Origin: Phoronis australis
Lineage: Eukaryota > Animalia > Phoronida
DNA length: 64,000 nucleotides
Assembly (NCBI GenBank): GCA_002633005.1
Contig: NMRA01000066.1
Span: 62,001 to 126,000 of the forward strand
Direction: 5' to 3'
Below, piece by piece: positions 27,986 through 42,839 of this stretch. A program made the translations under genes and the position numbers. Numbering within the stretch: position 1 is the stretch's first letter; every line of letters begins with the position of its first letter. The notes beneath the pieces are model-generated. The model made no database searches. It was not told the origin of the DNA and saw only the letters and a list, made by a program, of their open reading frames with translations.

Positions 27986-28207
27986 TGTCCAAGAGTTTAA
28001 AGATTCTGTTTTACATTGACATTTTTCTTACTCCTATATGATCTTGAAAGAAGTGTGCCAACCTTAGATATTTTAAAGTGCATACAAAATTAGGTTAAGT
28101 GTAAAACATGACAGTTAAGTGTTCCACCACATTGCCATAAATTGACTGAAAACAAATAACTTGTCAGATCACAGCCTATACTGGTAGTGTAGCTAGGAGT
28201 ATTGGGC

Positions 28208-28296
28208 AATAGTCACTTGAGAACCAGTTGCACCTGGTGTCCCGTTATTCTGTGGAGAAAACTGGGTTTTCAAAATGTGAGACCCCTGTGACTAAT
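28208..28296. mobile_element. Palindromic MITE family B copy 3 (inverted, degenerate)
   Basis: tgagaaccagttg...cccgttattctgtggagaaaactgg is the reverse complement of the family B core. Confidence 0.6.
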
Positions 28297-31234
28297 ATCC
28301 TTACTGTCATTACTGTCACCTGAGATGGAAGAGAAGTGTGTCCGTCTGCTCCCAGTCCCACCATGACACCATCTACACCATACTTGACACTCATCCATCT
28401 GAGTTTTCAAACTTGGTGTCACATCTGCTGAACTATTAAAAGTATTCTAGACCTAATAGAATAGTATCATTGCTTCTAATCTATCGCATTTTTTAAATTG
28501 AAGCGTTATCTTGTGGTTGTCTATATCGTCAAAAAGAAGACGCCTGATGTCGGCTGAAATGGGTCAAGATCTGTAGAACCTTTTTCTCCCAGCATCACTT
28601 AATTATTGACTGACGTATCGCTGGATTCGTTCATAGGTATCTGATGTCCGTTAGGCACTCATGCCAGGGAGAAAGTAATGGATGAGATGTGGGCTATGAA
28701 ATGCTCCAACTATTTTTGTTCATCCTGAGCCCGCTTTGAGCCACACAAACGTCCATAGCTGGAAAGTTCCATCTGATTGGAAATGTCCAGCAGTAAGACT
28801 GGTGTGGCCCTGAGCTCATTTTACATTTGGAATTCCTCTGGAATGTGTGAACTCCTATAGCATGTCTTAGTTGTATTTATGGTAGATGTCTGTAAACAGT
28901 GTCATGTTGGATACTGACTTATGTGTTGTCTCCAGGTATTATTGGGATAGCTCTGAGAAGATGTCTGCAATAAGGTTGTGCAGAGTGCAATTTTTTTGTA
29001 TTCTGTTGTCTCAATACAAACATATTTGATTATGGGTCTGTCAATTTTTATTAACGCCATTGGTCGAACATCTGAGGTCAAATATACTTATTATTGCTGC
29101 TGTATCTTTTTGTATTAATCGCAATGACTTGAAAATCTCCCTGTTCCAATTTCGACAAGACTGCTGCTCAAATGTTATCCTGCAAACATGCCTGTTGAAT
29201 CTTGTCCACAATTGTATCTACTGTTAATACACGTGTCCTTGACCAACTTTTTGGTCATATGACAAAGTTTTACCACTTTAAGAAACGTGTCATGAAGAAG
29301 TAAAATTTCATTTCCCCATTTTGTGTAAAACAAAGAAAGAATAATAAATTGTGTAGTGTTGCTAAAAATCAGATCTTTTGAAAAATGTGGTTGAAACTTT
29401 TATAGGTGAAAAAAAGGCAATTTGGACAATTTCTTTTTCTGAAATTGACAAGGTTTCACTGTACTTGCTCAATTATTTTTGTCTGCGACATCACCGGTCG
29501 GGGCTTTCGGAATGGCAGCACCCAAGGACTGGAATGATATCCTAGGCAGTGGTCAAGATGCTTCCTTGGCAAACCTGTTGACGAGATGACTTACCTGGCC
29601 CACCTGTTTTACAGCTCCTTTTCAAGTTTTAATGCGAATGCCCTTTTTACAGTGGATGCATGATCTAAACTTTTAAGCTGCTATAAACCCATGTTGCATC
29701 TGAAGAACCAACTTACTTGGATCATGTACTGCTGTGAAATTGATCTGATCTTGTTTCAAACTCTGGTAAGTAGTGATTTTTGAGCGTGGACAAAACTAGG
29801 AGTGCATTCTGAGATCATACTTCAGGCATAAAATGAGCCGTTATTACAAGCCAACTTGTAGAGCCTAGTCTCAAGCATTAATTACCAACTGTCGGTTGTT
29901 TCCTAGCTCTGAAATCTCCCGTGTAATTAGTCTTAGGAAGAAATTGAGACCAGTTTCATAATGTTAAGTTGTCTAAATCAAAAATTAATTTTTGCAGCTG
30001 AAGGTGAGTCCATGACTGTTGCAGCTTTTATTGTAAATACGGTAATGAATGATGCCACAATTCATTTTATAACTTCCTTCGTAACGCCAAAGAATAGTGT
30101 GTTTGCCAATTAATTAGAAGCACAATTAAGGGAAATCACAGCGATTGGGTTTCATAAGGAATTACAAAAGTCGTCGCCAATTAGGCCAGTGTAAAAAACA
30201 ATTGAGATCTTCTTAATGAAAACTCATCCTTTAGCTATCAATAATCATTTGTCTCTCTGTTAGGTATTGAATCTGTACCACGGACAGTCATTTGTCAGGC
30301 TTGCGGAAAGGTCTCGAACCTAATCGATTGATCCCCAACCTGGCTGAGACCCGAGCCTATCTGTGTCTGCCTGTACAGTCTGTATGATGTTGAATCTCGT
30401 CGGTTGATGTTGAACTTGGTTGGGCATGTATTGATCTCTGAACAAACTGCTCTCAGTTGCCTTGATATCTCAGATGGTGTGATCGCTGACTGGGAGTGTA
30501 ACTATACTACTTAGTGGACTTGCACGCTGCCATCAGCTGCTTATGATGTCAATGACCGCGTTTTCACGATTAGAAATGGACGTTGGCGCCATAAATTTTT
30601 CTACATTGTCTGTGCTATTTGGTTCTGCCATTTTGTAGCTTTATACATATTTTGGTGAATGTTTGTCTTTCTCCTGTACTGTGAGTACAGTTGGGTACTA
30701 GGTGTATTGAATACCGAAAAGAAAAGTAATTTGAAAAGCGAATACATTTTTGTTATATTTTCATATTATGACGTTCCATAATAATCGTATGCTTTTCTTG
30801 TTCAATAAAACACAAAATTTGACTCATAAAGGATGTACGAGTACAACCTGGGTCACAGAAAAAAATGTCGGCAGACAACTGAAAGTTTACCGTATTAGGA
30901 ATGACATACTCATTTATACTCATTTTTGTATTGTTACTAACAGTTTAGAATCCAAAACAGACTTAAATATTATAGTTAACAAATCCTCAGTAATTGTTGA
31001 CAGCCAGCTAGCTGTATACGATTCAATGTCATTCAATCTATATTCAGCCTTGTAGCAGGGCTATGGTACTATGCTGTTGAAATGTCACGTTCAGGTTTGT
31101 AACTTTGGTTTAGTGACGTTATTTGGTCTTGGACCAAACGCGTATTGGTATCAGGTTGGGCGTATTGGTATCAGGTTGGGCGTGTCTGTGGTAGTGGTGA
31201 TGTTGAAATACTGGTAACCAACCCAGGCCCTAAT

Positions 31235-31500
31235 TGAGCTATCGCCAGGCTTTTGATTGATGGCTGACCAATCAGAACTCAACATTCTTGACACACATTC
31301 CTCTGCGTTTCCAAGCCGCCATTTTACCCGACTTACATGGGGATGGAGCTTGCCAATGATCACCAGGATTTTGACCAATGTCTTAACTGACCAATCAGAA
31401 CGCAACATTCTTAACCCCCCTTTGCCTGCGTATCCAAGCCACCATTTTACCCATCAAACAACATGTTGTCAGTGACTGTTCACAAGGGGGCGGAGCTTGC
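31235..31500 (+). repeat. Interspersed repeat family C (two internal subunits with tgaccaatcagaac); inverted copy at 44108-44220
   Basis: ctgaccaatcagaac...ccaagcc(g/a)ccattttaccc occurs twice here. Its reverse complement gggtaaaatggcggcttggaaacgcag...gttctgattggtca is at 44115-44179. Confidence 0.75.
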
Positions 31501-34500
31501 AATAGGTCAATCATGAGTTGACAATGAAAGGGAGGTGCAAATTCCACTATTGTGCTAGTAAAGCTAATGTACCATTAGATAACAACCTGCTTTGTGGCTG
31601 ACTGTTCAAGTTGAGTCATTTGTATTGCATTTGCCTGTAGGTAAACAAAGAATGAAGGCAAAATGGACTGGGTTCAGTGACAAGTTTACAATTTTTTCAA
31701 GTGGAAGGGGATGGAAGGGATGGCCATGCCATCACCATAGAAGGTGTTTATGGGAAGTACCAAATTCCTAAGTGTGCCTTGTCTGGTTAAATTTCTCAAG
31801 CCTTGAAGTTCATTTTATGGACTGGAGGCTCTAAGAAAAGATTGTTTTTGCAGCATAAATCCACAAAAGCCTTTCGTATTTCATTAGGTTTGTTGGGTAA
31901 AGACTGTAGTGGGGATGTTTATTGTTCAAGTTTAATTCTGTATTTCATTGCGTTTGAAACACCTACAAAAGGTGGTCAAAAAGCCCTCTCTGTAAAGGTT
32001 TATTTTCAAGTACCGTAAGCTTCTTACAGATGGCTCCGTTTCGATTCTCTTTGTGAAAGACATGGGCTTTATCGAGTTGACTCCTAATTTACCAGGCAAC
32101 GGCAGATTTCTGTCATCCGTCACAAAAGTTGTGTGTTTGTGGGGTAGTGGAATAGACACAGGAAGTACCAAAGTGTAGGGATGGGGTCTGTCCAAGGGGG
32201 AAGAAAACATCATGGGGTTGCTCGACCTGTTGAAGTTTGATGTTCCTTACGGACGTTTGTGATTAAAATATTTGGTTATCACATATTTTCTGCTCTTGAT
32301 TTTCTGCGCCTTCGTTGCTCACACCCTCATGTTGAAAAGTCCAATCAATAGATCATAGCATCTTTGTTGGTAGTCACAGGTTAACGAGGTTTAAAACACT
32401 TGTGGGTTGTCAGCATTGTGGAATCCACAGGGGAAACCCCATATTGATTGGTGAGTAATAGGAGTGCTCTGATAAGGTGCATTCAAGGTAGTCTCTAGTC
32501 CTAAGGTAATTAGTGCAAGCTCTTAACCATCCACCATCAATATGGTTAATTGTCCTTTAAACATTACCATGCTTTGAAGGTGGGTGTTGCACTTCTCGAT
32601 GCAATTGATGTTGTGTTTTATAAAAGTCCCTGAAGTTATTGTGACCACAAATTGCTAAGTAATTGTGCTTTTTCTGGATTTTTGTGAAGGACAAATGGCA
32701 GGAACAGAACTGAATTTGAATTATTTCCAAATCCAGCTTCCCAAGTCTAGTGATAATTAAAGTTGCTCAGTCTTCATTTTGTTCTATGTTTTGTTTGGCT
32801 TTGAATTGTTTGAAATTGAAAAAAGACAAGATTTTAAACTAATTGTGCTAAGTTTTGAAATTTTTTGACAAACACATCGATATCATTGCCATTTGTTTGC
32901 CAATCTTTTGTACTTTTCTGATGAAACCTATTAAAATATAGTTTGAAAATGGCTTTGGGAATTTTTGTACAAAGATCGAAGATCATGATCATTTCCGCTG
33001 AAAGTGACATTATCGTCGAAAAAAAGTGATTTTCTGAAATCAGCCAAGGGCGTTGTTGGCTGCTAATGAGCTAAATCACACTGGATAAATGATGGATTAT
33101 TTTAAGCATATTTAACTTGTAAAGTCACCGCCGTGATTTCAGTGAATGTCTGGCAAACGTAAGCAAGATTTGGTGATTTGTAATGAAATCAAAAAAACAA
33201 TGGATTTTGTTGGTTGATTCAACATTAATAAGTCAAAAAGTCTTCCAACAATAATCCCAAAATATGTTTTTTGGTCATAAAAGTGATAACGTCTAATTTA
33301 AACTCCTTTTTTGTGAGTTTATTCCTTTGTTTGATTTACTTCCATCCCAATTTTCCCCAAATTTTCACCACTCTGTGCCCACCCGTAATTTCCTCAGTCG
33401 CAACTTTTAGTTCCGTTAACCGCCACTGCTCATTTTACCTCCCCTTGCCTGCAATTCTCCAGCGATTTGGGACAGAGAAAAATTAAGGTCGGATCTCTCG
33501 TACCAAAATTATAGAAATAGGCAATATTGATATCAGTAGTTCCAATCTTCAGAATCAAGAAAATGCAATTTCAGCTGGAATTTTGTTGTCCCAAATTTTA
33601 GAGACTGGCCCAAATGTTAGAAATTGTCCCAAACTGGTGAATTTCTACCGTAATCAGAAGATGCAGTTCAGGTGTGATGTCGACTTTTCAAAAGTTATGC
33701 TTTGGGTGTCCATACTTATCACCCACGACTTGTTTGATGAAATAGCTTGGCCATTTATCTGGAATACAGTATATTACACTCCATAACTTCCTCTGGTTGA
33801 ATATAAGATTTCCACCATTTGCCATCAATCTTTGTTCTGCCAAGCCAATAGTTTTGTACAGTAACACAAGCTACTATGCGTACACCAGTGCACCAACTAA
33901 TCGGATAGGATGGAGAGATATCCCTGGCATTGAATGGTTCACTGCTTGTCCAACTGGCCTAAGAGCGCCAGTCATGTTGAAAACTTGGTCAATGCATTTT
34001 CTTACCTCACGAATGAGGAAACTGCTATTTGGGACAAGAATATTATATCCAGCGCGTAAAAGTTGTGTTCCTCTGAAGAAGGCAAGGGTAGGCTGGTAAA
34101 TATCTGCCATTATGTAGAGCATGATGTACATGTAAGACATTGCCCCTTTGTTCTTTGAATCGACATTGTTGTGAATGCCAACACTTTCTCAGAATGATGT
34201 TTGATGAAAATTACACTACAGTCAGTCCTGTCAGCAGCAAGCATCACTCTGCTGCTGCTTATCATCTATGAACAAAACGAGACGTTTGTCCCCCTTATTG
34301 TGTCTTAAATGGTTATATTATACTGTATCTGTCACAGTTTCTCAGAAAAAATCTTTTCTAAGCCTGATTATGATCCCTTGTTGAATGTCGGAGGTGAAAT
34401 GTCCAGAGTGCTGGTTTTGTCCGTGTAATAAGTTCTCAGAGTTAATCCAGCGAGGTCGCCCACACAAATTACTAGATAATCAGTGCACTTGAGAGTTGTG

Positions 34501-34625
34501 ATGGTCTGCTCACACTCAGCTGAGGAGAACTGATGAGAAGGTGAAGGTTAAGGTCATTTGATCCTTTTTGTTACAATGAGGGAAATCTGTCTCAACATGG
34601 AGGCATTTTTATTACACACACCACC

Positions 34626-34968
34626 AAGTAAGGATTATATACATTAACTCAGTATGGAAAAGTAAGGATTATATACATTAACTCAGTATGGAAAAGTAAG
34701 GATTATATACATTAACTCAGTATGGAAAAGTAAAGATTATATACATTAACTCAGTATGGAAAAGTAAGGATTATATACATTAACTCATTATGGAAAAGTA
34801 AGGATTATATACATTAACTCAGTATGGAAAAGTAAGGATTATATACATTAACTCAGTATGGAAAAGTAAGGATTATATACATTAACTCAGTATGGAAAAG
34901 TAAGGATTATATACATTAACTCAGTATGGAAAAGTAAGGATTATATACATTAACTCAGTATGGAAAAG
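34626..34968. repeat. 34-bp minisatellite x10
   Basis: aagtaaggattatatacattaactcagtatggaa, nearly perfect (two variant bases seen). Confidence 0.97.
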
Positions 34969-35639
34969 ATAAACGACCAGTGACCAAACGAATTAAGCCA
35001 GAAAAAAAACATTTGAAACAGATCACGTTATTTTGGAAGTATTAGCCTGTACTTTTTATTGCTAATTATGAATGTTTAAGGACATCTAAGGTTGGTAAAA
35101 TTCTAGATATAATGCCCGAGATAGCCATTCACTCCATCTGTTATTTTCACCTGATGGCTTTTAATAATTCAGTAGTTCAGTTATTTCTTCTCTTATTTCG
35201 CACAAAACAATCGCCAATATTGTGTTATTTTGATTTTCCTCAAATCAATGACCATGCTGCAAATGTCGCAAACTTAGGATATGTTGCTTTGCATACACAT
35301 AGTACAAACCAAGCTAAAATTGACTTAAGATTCTCGATCTTTATTTTTATTAAAAAAGTTGACAAGAAAGTAGATTTCATCTCTCTGCCATATTGTGTGC
35401 TGTAAAGGTGAAGAATTCCCGTATTCGCGGGGTATTTGGAGTTTTCGCTCCGAGCCACTCGATGTTTCCTACAGGTAGGGACCTGGTTGAGGTTTTGATT
35501 GTGAACATTTAGACTTGCTTGATGGCGGGATAGTCACTAGGTGGTGTTGAGGAAGGGAGAGCTGTCTTATTTATTATCTGTGTGTTCAGTAGTTGAGTCT
35601 ATGTTGGACCTTGTCTGTAAGTCTGTGTACTTAGCCCAG

Positions 35640-36077
35640 TAAGGAAAAAGGACAAGTTTTAACCTAGTAAAAGTACACATTTTCTGAAAATGATTTTCGA
35701 TTTTTTACCAATTTGACAATAATTGAGTCACGTGACCATGCCTTTTGTAACATTTAGGAAAAAAGGTACATTGATTGCCTAACAGTGATATGAATAACAC
35801 AACCAAATTTTGTTAAATCTAAATGTTCTAGATGAAATCACGAAAAAAATTGTTACAGTTTTCGAAATTATCTTTTTGTTTTCATTTTATACATAAATAA
35901 GTCTTATTTATGATAGCCCCTGTGAAAAAGTGGAAATTTTTGAAAACAATTCTTAACAGCGTGTGGAGAAAAATACATAAACTCTGTTGTCTGAAAGTTT
36001 CATATGAGTCCAATGAGCCGTTTTTTAGATATGGTGTTCCAAAGTTTGCCAAATTTGGCCATTTTTCGAAGATCCTA
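35640..36077 (-). repeat. Interspersed repeat family A copy 3 (inverted)
   Basis: gatagcccc...ccaaagtttgccaaatttggccatttttcgaagatcc is the reverse complement of the family A start. Confidence 0.7.
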
Positions 36078-36984
36078 CATAACCAGGTCAAAACTGACTG
36101 CTTGAATGCATGCATTAACCCTATGGACTGTTGTGTCCCTAGTGTCGCCAAGTGAACTATGAGCTACTTGGCTTTCTTAGGTGTCTCCAAGTTTTGTGCA
36201 GTTCAAGTGTCTTCGCATTTGCGATTGCCTTTGAAGATTGCACACATTGCGATGTCAAGGTCACCACATTGTTCTCAGGTATCAAAAATGTGTCATCGCA
36301 TGATGAAGTCTTTGGTTTCCCCGTCTTGTTTAGTCTCTTCATTCCATGTCATCTGTTTTTGCTATTCGGGGAAATTCGTTTATTGAAGTGCTTTAGGAAT
36401 TACATGCCTTCTTGTGTCAAAATGTAGAAAAAATATACCCAGCTCATCAATGGCATTTTAGAATTGACCATTTGTGAGTTGAGGTGTCCTCCAGTGTTAG
36501 TGAATGGAACTGGCACTGGGGATGTTACTATTCACAAAGACAGGTGGAATTTGCTAATTAGCCTTCCAAGAATGTCTGTTTAATCACCACGTGAACTAAT
36601 TCTGCTTGAAAGAGCATATACGACTGCATTCCTGCTAGTAGTTTGTGAAATTTCAACCCTTTAAACTTTAACCTTGTTGTGAATACCCGCTGATTCACAG
36701 GAAATGCTGCTTCGTTGTTGTTGTTGTTATTCGTGTCTTTCCTGCTCCTGATTGAAACACCTGGTAAAAAACTGCTCCTGTGTCTGTGAGTGACATAATT
36801 GAGTTAATCAATATTTGTATCTGTGGCGATGATTAGAATGTCGTCTGCTGATGAAGTTTGCCATTGCTGTTGGGTAACGCAAGAATCTTGCGGCAATATA
36901 AGTCTTCTATTTTTCCTGCATGCCAGTGTGTGTACATGGTAGTTTGGGAGCAACAAATAATCATGGCTGGCCGATATTGCTCTG

Positions 36985-37095
36985 TTTGCCCAGAAGAGAT
37001 TTCTCTTCTAAGTCCCAAGTCACGCAGCTTGCAGATGGTCAGGTGTTCGATCAGCGGTCGGGCCTTTTGACTCGTACGTAAGGATCAGGTTACAT
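36985..37095 (-). mobile_element. Decayed LINE (CR1/L2-group) reverse transcriptase fragment
   Basis: Minus strand across frameshifts reads LILTYESK(A)..DR...ICKLRDLGLRR, resembling the RT motif LxxxDfSKAFDxVdHxxLxxKLxxxG. Confidence 0.35.
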
Positions 37096-37861
37096 AATGT
37101 GACCATGAGACTTTATCTGCTTACTACGCTTAATTTTTTTTTGTTTCACCACCTATGCTCAATCCATAGATGCAATATCCTTATTTGTCATGATATTGGG
37201 TAGGCAGACCATTTTGTTTCTCTAGTCTTTAATGGGGAGATGTAGAAGCAGATGCTAGGTGCAGGTCTGATGTCACTCTTGTTCTTTGAGATGCATTTGT
37301 TATCGTGTCTAATAAAAATGTCGTTACCAAATTGTAGACAAATTATAAATGTTGGGGTTGTAGATACAGCATGGTGTTCCAGTTAAAGCTCCATTTCTCC
37401 TCGTTTAACCATCACTTTAAACATTCAAGTTCTTAATTGAAGAGTCAAAACCAACAGCTGATATGGCCATGTAGTCATTGTTGTCTCTTGTGACTGACCT
37501 ATTTTTGATTGGATGTCGCTGCGCGCCATTTGTGAATTTCAGTGTTGCCAGCCCCAATAAAATGCATGTTTTCTGACGCGTGTAATGTCCTGTAGACAGT
37601 TCTCATGTTCTCCAAGGTAACAAAAAAGAAGTCCTATCATGGTTAGAAATTTTTTTAGACCAATTTTATAACATAAACCGCCTAATTCGATATTTGTTTT
37701 TTTGCCAGCTAAAGGCGAAATGCAGCTTAAACAACATCTGTCAGTGTTGACATGCTTCCAGCCAAATCGTTATTTCGTTATTCACAGGCTTAAATTTGCT
37801 GTTATGTCACGTCAAACTCATTTGCCATCAAAAAATTACGTTTGGCTCAGGCCGCTTGCCA

Positions 37862-38051
37862 TTATGAAGTTGGTCTCAAATTGTCCTTTATTCAAATTAA
37901 AGGCAAGTTTCTGGTAACTGAAAGAACCATCAGTGTGTTATTGGCTGAGGCAGGTTCAAGAAATTGGCTCGTCAAAGCGGGTTATTTTATGTGCTGAGCA
38001 TGGCCTCAATCTGTCAGTTATGACTAAGGAACCAACTTAGACCAACTTCAC
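37862..38051. mobile_element. ~190-bp MITE family D
   Basis: TIR tgaagttggtctcaa ... ttagaccaacttca. Related copies at about 47421-47641, 63400-63586 and 29866-29960, plus a right end at 62550-62578. Confidence 0.65.
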
Positions 38052-39289
38052 AGCAGTAAGTGTTCTCAATCAGGAGTTTGTGTTTTTGATGGAAGGTGGG
38101 AGGGTACGTTTGTGTCAGCTTCATAGTTGCACACCTGAAGAAAGGAGATTGTTTCGACATGACTCTGTATCAAACTGTCATACAAAAAATTTCGTCAAAC
38201 GCAGCCTAATAAATGAACAAACCTGGCTGCATGAGAAGAAAGAGGCGGTCTGGCAGTCTGTGTTTACGAATTACTGGCACTCACCCACATGTAAACACTG
38301 ATTCTGGGTTTTTTTGCTCATAAATCGCTTTCATGTTGACATGCAAAACAGTTAATTGGAGTTAGCAACAGAACTTGGCCCAGTATCCATAGTTTCAACC
38401 GCGTGACTGTCTGCACAGGAAAGGCAGACTGTGTAGGGAAAAGCAGCTGTGTGTGGTGCTAATCATACTAAGTAATCTGATGTGGTAAAATCTCCAGTCT
38501 AGGACACAATGTGGCCCACTAACACAATTTGATTTCATCATTTGTTCCATGCTACTTATGTAGCACCAAATTGAATGCATTTCCATGGTCAAGTTTTGTA
38601 CCACAGCTATCATCAAAGTTTTGAAAAACTGTGGCCGTTCACAACTCTGCTAGTGCTAGATGACCTTGAAAAATGAAAAACAAAGGGGGCATTTTGGCAA
38701 TTAGTTTTGTCCTGAATCTGCGATATTTTACCCTACTGCTCAGGTTTTTGTGATCGAGGGTCTGTTTCATGAAAATTCACATATGATGTAAGACAGAAAT
38801 TTAGTTTTAGGGTCCCTCTTCACCATTGTGGACATGAGGTTTGGCCAAGTAATTACAGCTCATTATAGCCTAGTCTAGAATTTTTTTGATTGAAATTCTA
38901 GCCATTTCTAGCAGTTATGTGTGTATTTCAAGGACTGCCCTTTTGCTCAGGTGAGATATAATTATTTTTCATAAGTAGTTTGTGAGTTAAGACTAAATTT
39001 CTGACTTACCAGTAAGTCTAATTTAAGTGGCTTTTCATGAAACATATCTCTGGGCACATGTTGTATAACGAGGGTGGGACCGTTGCGATTGTCGTTAATT
39101 GATGTGATTAAATCTTCCCGCTTTCGGACAGAAATTATGGACATAATTACCCTTTTTCTTATTCAAGAAGTTCTACTGTTGTGCCTGGCTACAGTTTTTC
39201 AAATATTGGTGGGGGGTTACTATTGTATTGTGCAGAGTTGTTTTTAAAATGACCCACTATTGTAAGAGGGGCTATCTAAAAGTAGGACT

Positions 39290-39676
39290 TTTTAGTTAAG
39301 TTGCCTTCTTTTTTGCTAAATTACCAAAAAGACATGGTCACGTTACCCAATCATTGACAGATTTGTACAAAGTCAAAATTCTGCAGTCTGACTTTGTTCA
39401 GAAAATGTGAGAATTAAACTGTAGTTTTCTGTACATATTTGGCTGAATGCAAAAACTAGCAAAATGTGATTTATGAACAATTTTAGTTTAAGTTGCCTTC
39501 TTTTTTGCTAAATTACCAAAAAGACATGGTCACGTTACCCAATCATTGACAGATTTGTACAAAGTCAAAATTCTGTAGTCTGACTTTGTTCAGAAAATGG
39601 GAGAATTAAACTGTAGTTTTCTGTACATATTTGGCTGAATGCAAAAACTAGCAAAATGTGATTTATGAACAATTTT
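39290..39676. repeat. ~192-bp direct tandem duplication within a family A-related repeat
   Basis: ttttagtt(t)aagttgccttcttttttgctaaattacc...atttatgaacaatttta occurs twice, nearly identical. Confidence 0.92.
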
Positions 39677-42600
39677 ACTTGTTGGCTAAGTCTTAGCTTA
39701 AAAATTCTCGAATCCGTAGAGATACCATAGACTGCAAAATACATTCGTTTTAGCCAATCTTTCGGATTTTCCATCGTTTTTCACTGGATGTTTCATGTTT
39801 CCTTGAGCATTGCTGTTTTGCACCAGACATGTTGCTGTCTCCCCCTCAAACTGATAAATTCAGTCCTGTGGCGTGGATGCAACCTAGATAAACATAGAAA
39901 ACTTAATAAGAGACCTAATTACTGCATAGTTAACAGTTATTGGGGTGATAAACTGTTTTTGAGTTTATTTATATGTTGTTTTTAGCTGCTTCCCCACCCC
40001 GGGAGATTTGTTGTTTCCGGAGGCAACAGGTTTGACCCCTAACTGCACTTGGAAACTGAGTTCTGCTTCATCAGCGAGCAATCTAATTTGTTTCCTTTGC
40101 TGTGGACAAACGTGGAAAAATAAAAAACACGAAAGTGCTTCTGTGCAAAAAACCGAGCAAAAACCGACCCATTTGACCTGAGATACTGTTGAGCACTTCA
40201 TGATAAATCAGTTTAAATAGTTTAGTACTCTCGTAAAGAGGAAAGCAACCATTTTTGGTGCTACCAGCATTGCTAAATTGAAAATCTGGCTTTCAGCAAT
40301 CATTGCTGTTCCCCTAGCCTTTGTTGTAAAAGACCCAGTACAACTACTGCTTCATGTAATTTGTGTACCTGCAGTGCCACTGGACACATAGTCACTCATT
40401 GTGTTGAATGACAATGAATCATTTTACAAGATACAAGCCTGAATACACCAGTTTCCTATCATTGACATGGGGCAGGGGAACGGTTTGCTATTTGCTGAAA
40501 AATGTTTTTTCAAGGATAAGAGAATATGCGTCAAACTGCGATAGCTTTGGTGTCCACTAGCTGCCGATGCCGTTCTGAGGGTTCAGCCACATGGCTTGTA
40601 ACTTACCATGCGTTATTGCTCCACTAGTACTAACGTTAAGTTGGTATGTAAGTGATGTACTTAACTTATAATAGAGATTGATTGTTTATTTAAAAGTGAC
40701 AGTAAAATAATGACTTTATGTCCAGAACAATAAATACCTCATTAACGGTCTCTGAAGGCGGATATTGTATAGGTTAGGGAAAACCTAGATACCTCACCTT
40801 TCACTGACATGCAAAATTCCGGAAAGTAAAATCTCATGATGCTGTACTTAATTTATGTAAAGCGTGTTTATTCAGAAATCGACAGTAAAATAACCCAAGA
40901 GGATTTTGAGACACCGGGGATAAACTTAAACACTTTACTATTTGGTGCCACGCTAAATTCCTGAAACTTTCAGTCTTATGTGAAGTATCATGTTGAGCTG
41001 TTTCTTAGAACTGAATACTCATGTGGTAAAATGTTTACTACTTGTTCATGGAGTCTGACTGGTGAGTGGTATTTATTAGCAAACAAAATGAATCAATTCA
41101 TGTAGTTTTAACCTCACCACGTTACAGTCACCAGGTGGCGAGACCATCTGATCCACAAGCTGGCTCACCCAGAGGTGCCAAACATCTTGCCGTGGAAATC
41201 AATGACATTTCCTAAGTTTACTCAAAAATAGGGAAGCATAAAAAGTTATCAAAAGCTGAAATGGTCAGGTGATATTGGTTTTAATGGCAGATATTACAAG
41301 ATAATGTCATGCTTTTTTCATCTGGAAATACCACATTTGATTTCATGTGGAGGTAATCTGATTGGATCTGAGTCAGATTAAATGCCCTAGTGTTGGCTTA
41401 CAAAATAAATGTACCATGTAATGAATTGGTTCGAAGGGATTTGTTTTAAAAAAAAATGATCCTTGACATAGTGGGTGTCTGTTTCAGCTAGCAAAATTAT
41501 TTTTTTATTTAAACCACACACTGTCCTGTTATAAAATTGATGTCAAACTGAAGTGATTTCTTGGCTAGGGAGTCACTGAGGCTTGTATATGTACACTGTT
41601 TACATGTCTGTTGTGTTTGTTATGAACTGGTATCAGGCTGAAGATGAATGATCATCACTCTGATATCAGTCTGATCATCATTTATAGAATCATTCGTGGA
41701 AAACCTCTTTTGATCATTTATCATTGCTCAGTGATACGAAATTGTATAAATTATCACGATCGATGATAAAACCTGCATGAAAATACCAACCATTAATTTA
41801 TCAATTGTTATTGACCATTTGTATCGTATCGTACCATTCACATTGAATTTGTAGAAATGGTTGATGTGAATTCATATTAAAGATCTATAACAAGTTATGA
41901 TCAAGCACAATTGTATGTGTAGACTGGACGTCTGACATCTTTAGAAATTTACATGTGAACACTCGGCTGACATCTGATTTGCATTCTTATTATGTGAGTC
42001 GAAGTTAGATTAGTGGTCAGCTTTTACTGCGAGAAGCCTATGTTCCAACGACGGGATTTAAGGTTAAGCTGACTGCCCGCCGATGGTGGTTGCACGTGAT
42101 TGGTTAGAATATTAGCCTTTTGCACACTACTGCCATGTTAATTGACCTATCGCAAGCTCCGCCCCTATGCGAAAAGTCACGTGATACCCGACATTCGAAC
42201 GAGATGTCAGAGGCAAATACACTGTCGCTAAACGACGTTCCTGGTGGAATCGATGAGTGTTTTTGCACTATTTGAAAACGCATCGACAGAGACAAGAGGC
42301 GATGCTTTTCAACAGTGAATTGTACGTTCATGATATGGGAATTTGTAAAGGTGACGATGAAAAAATAAGTGCTCGAGGAGCCAGCGAAAATCTGAAGAAC
42401 CCCTCGGCCTCGGGGTTCACCTTCACCTGACAAATGACAAGGCCACTGATACGATATGTTCATGTAAAGCTGGGTATGTACCTTAAAGTTGAATTATGTG
42501 TACGATTCCATAGATTTCACAATCTTTTGAATAAAATCAGTGAAGATTCACCGATATTTTTATTCTGTCGTCTGCTAAATTTTTCCAAATGAAAAGTAGG

Positions 42601-42839
42601 TCACAACTGGTGGGACTCCTGGAGTAAAGTAGGTCATAGATTACAGACAACACATGCACTATAGTGTCTGACCGTAGGTCGACTCGATAACGTTGTTTAC
42701 GCTTTTCTAATCTTGTAACGAAATATTTTGATCAAAAAATTCAGGTTCATAGCTCAGGTACACAATCATCTCGTCCTGGCCAAACAGTTAGCTCCGGTAG
42801 GTCTAGTGCTGTGTCTAAGTAAAATTAATGTCTGGAATT

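Noticed and set aside
30271-30291. Canonical RE1/NRSE site
   Set aside because: Only 14 of 21 positions match, with mismatches in the conserved CAGCACC half; kept only as a side note.
33583-34140. Overlapping ~90-100-aa ORFs and a BED-finger-like SPVWDNF fragment
   Set aside because: Multiple stops, no downstream Cys/His pattern and no family I can recognise.
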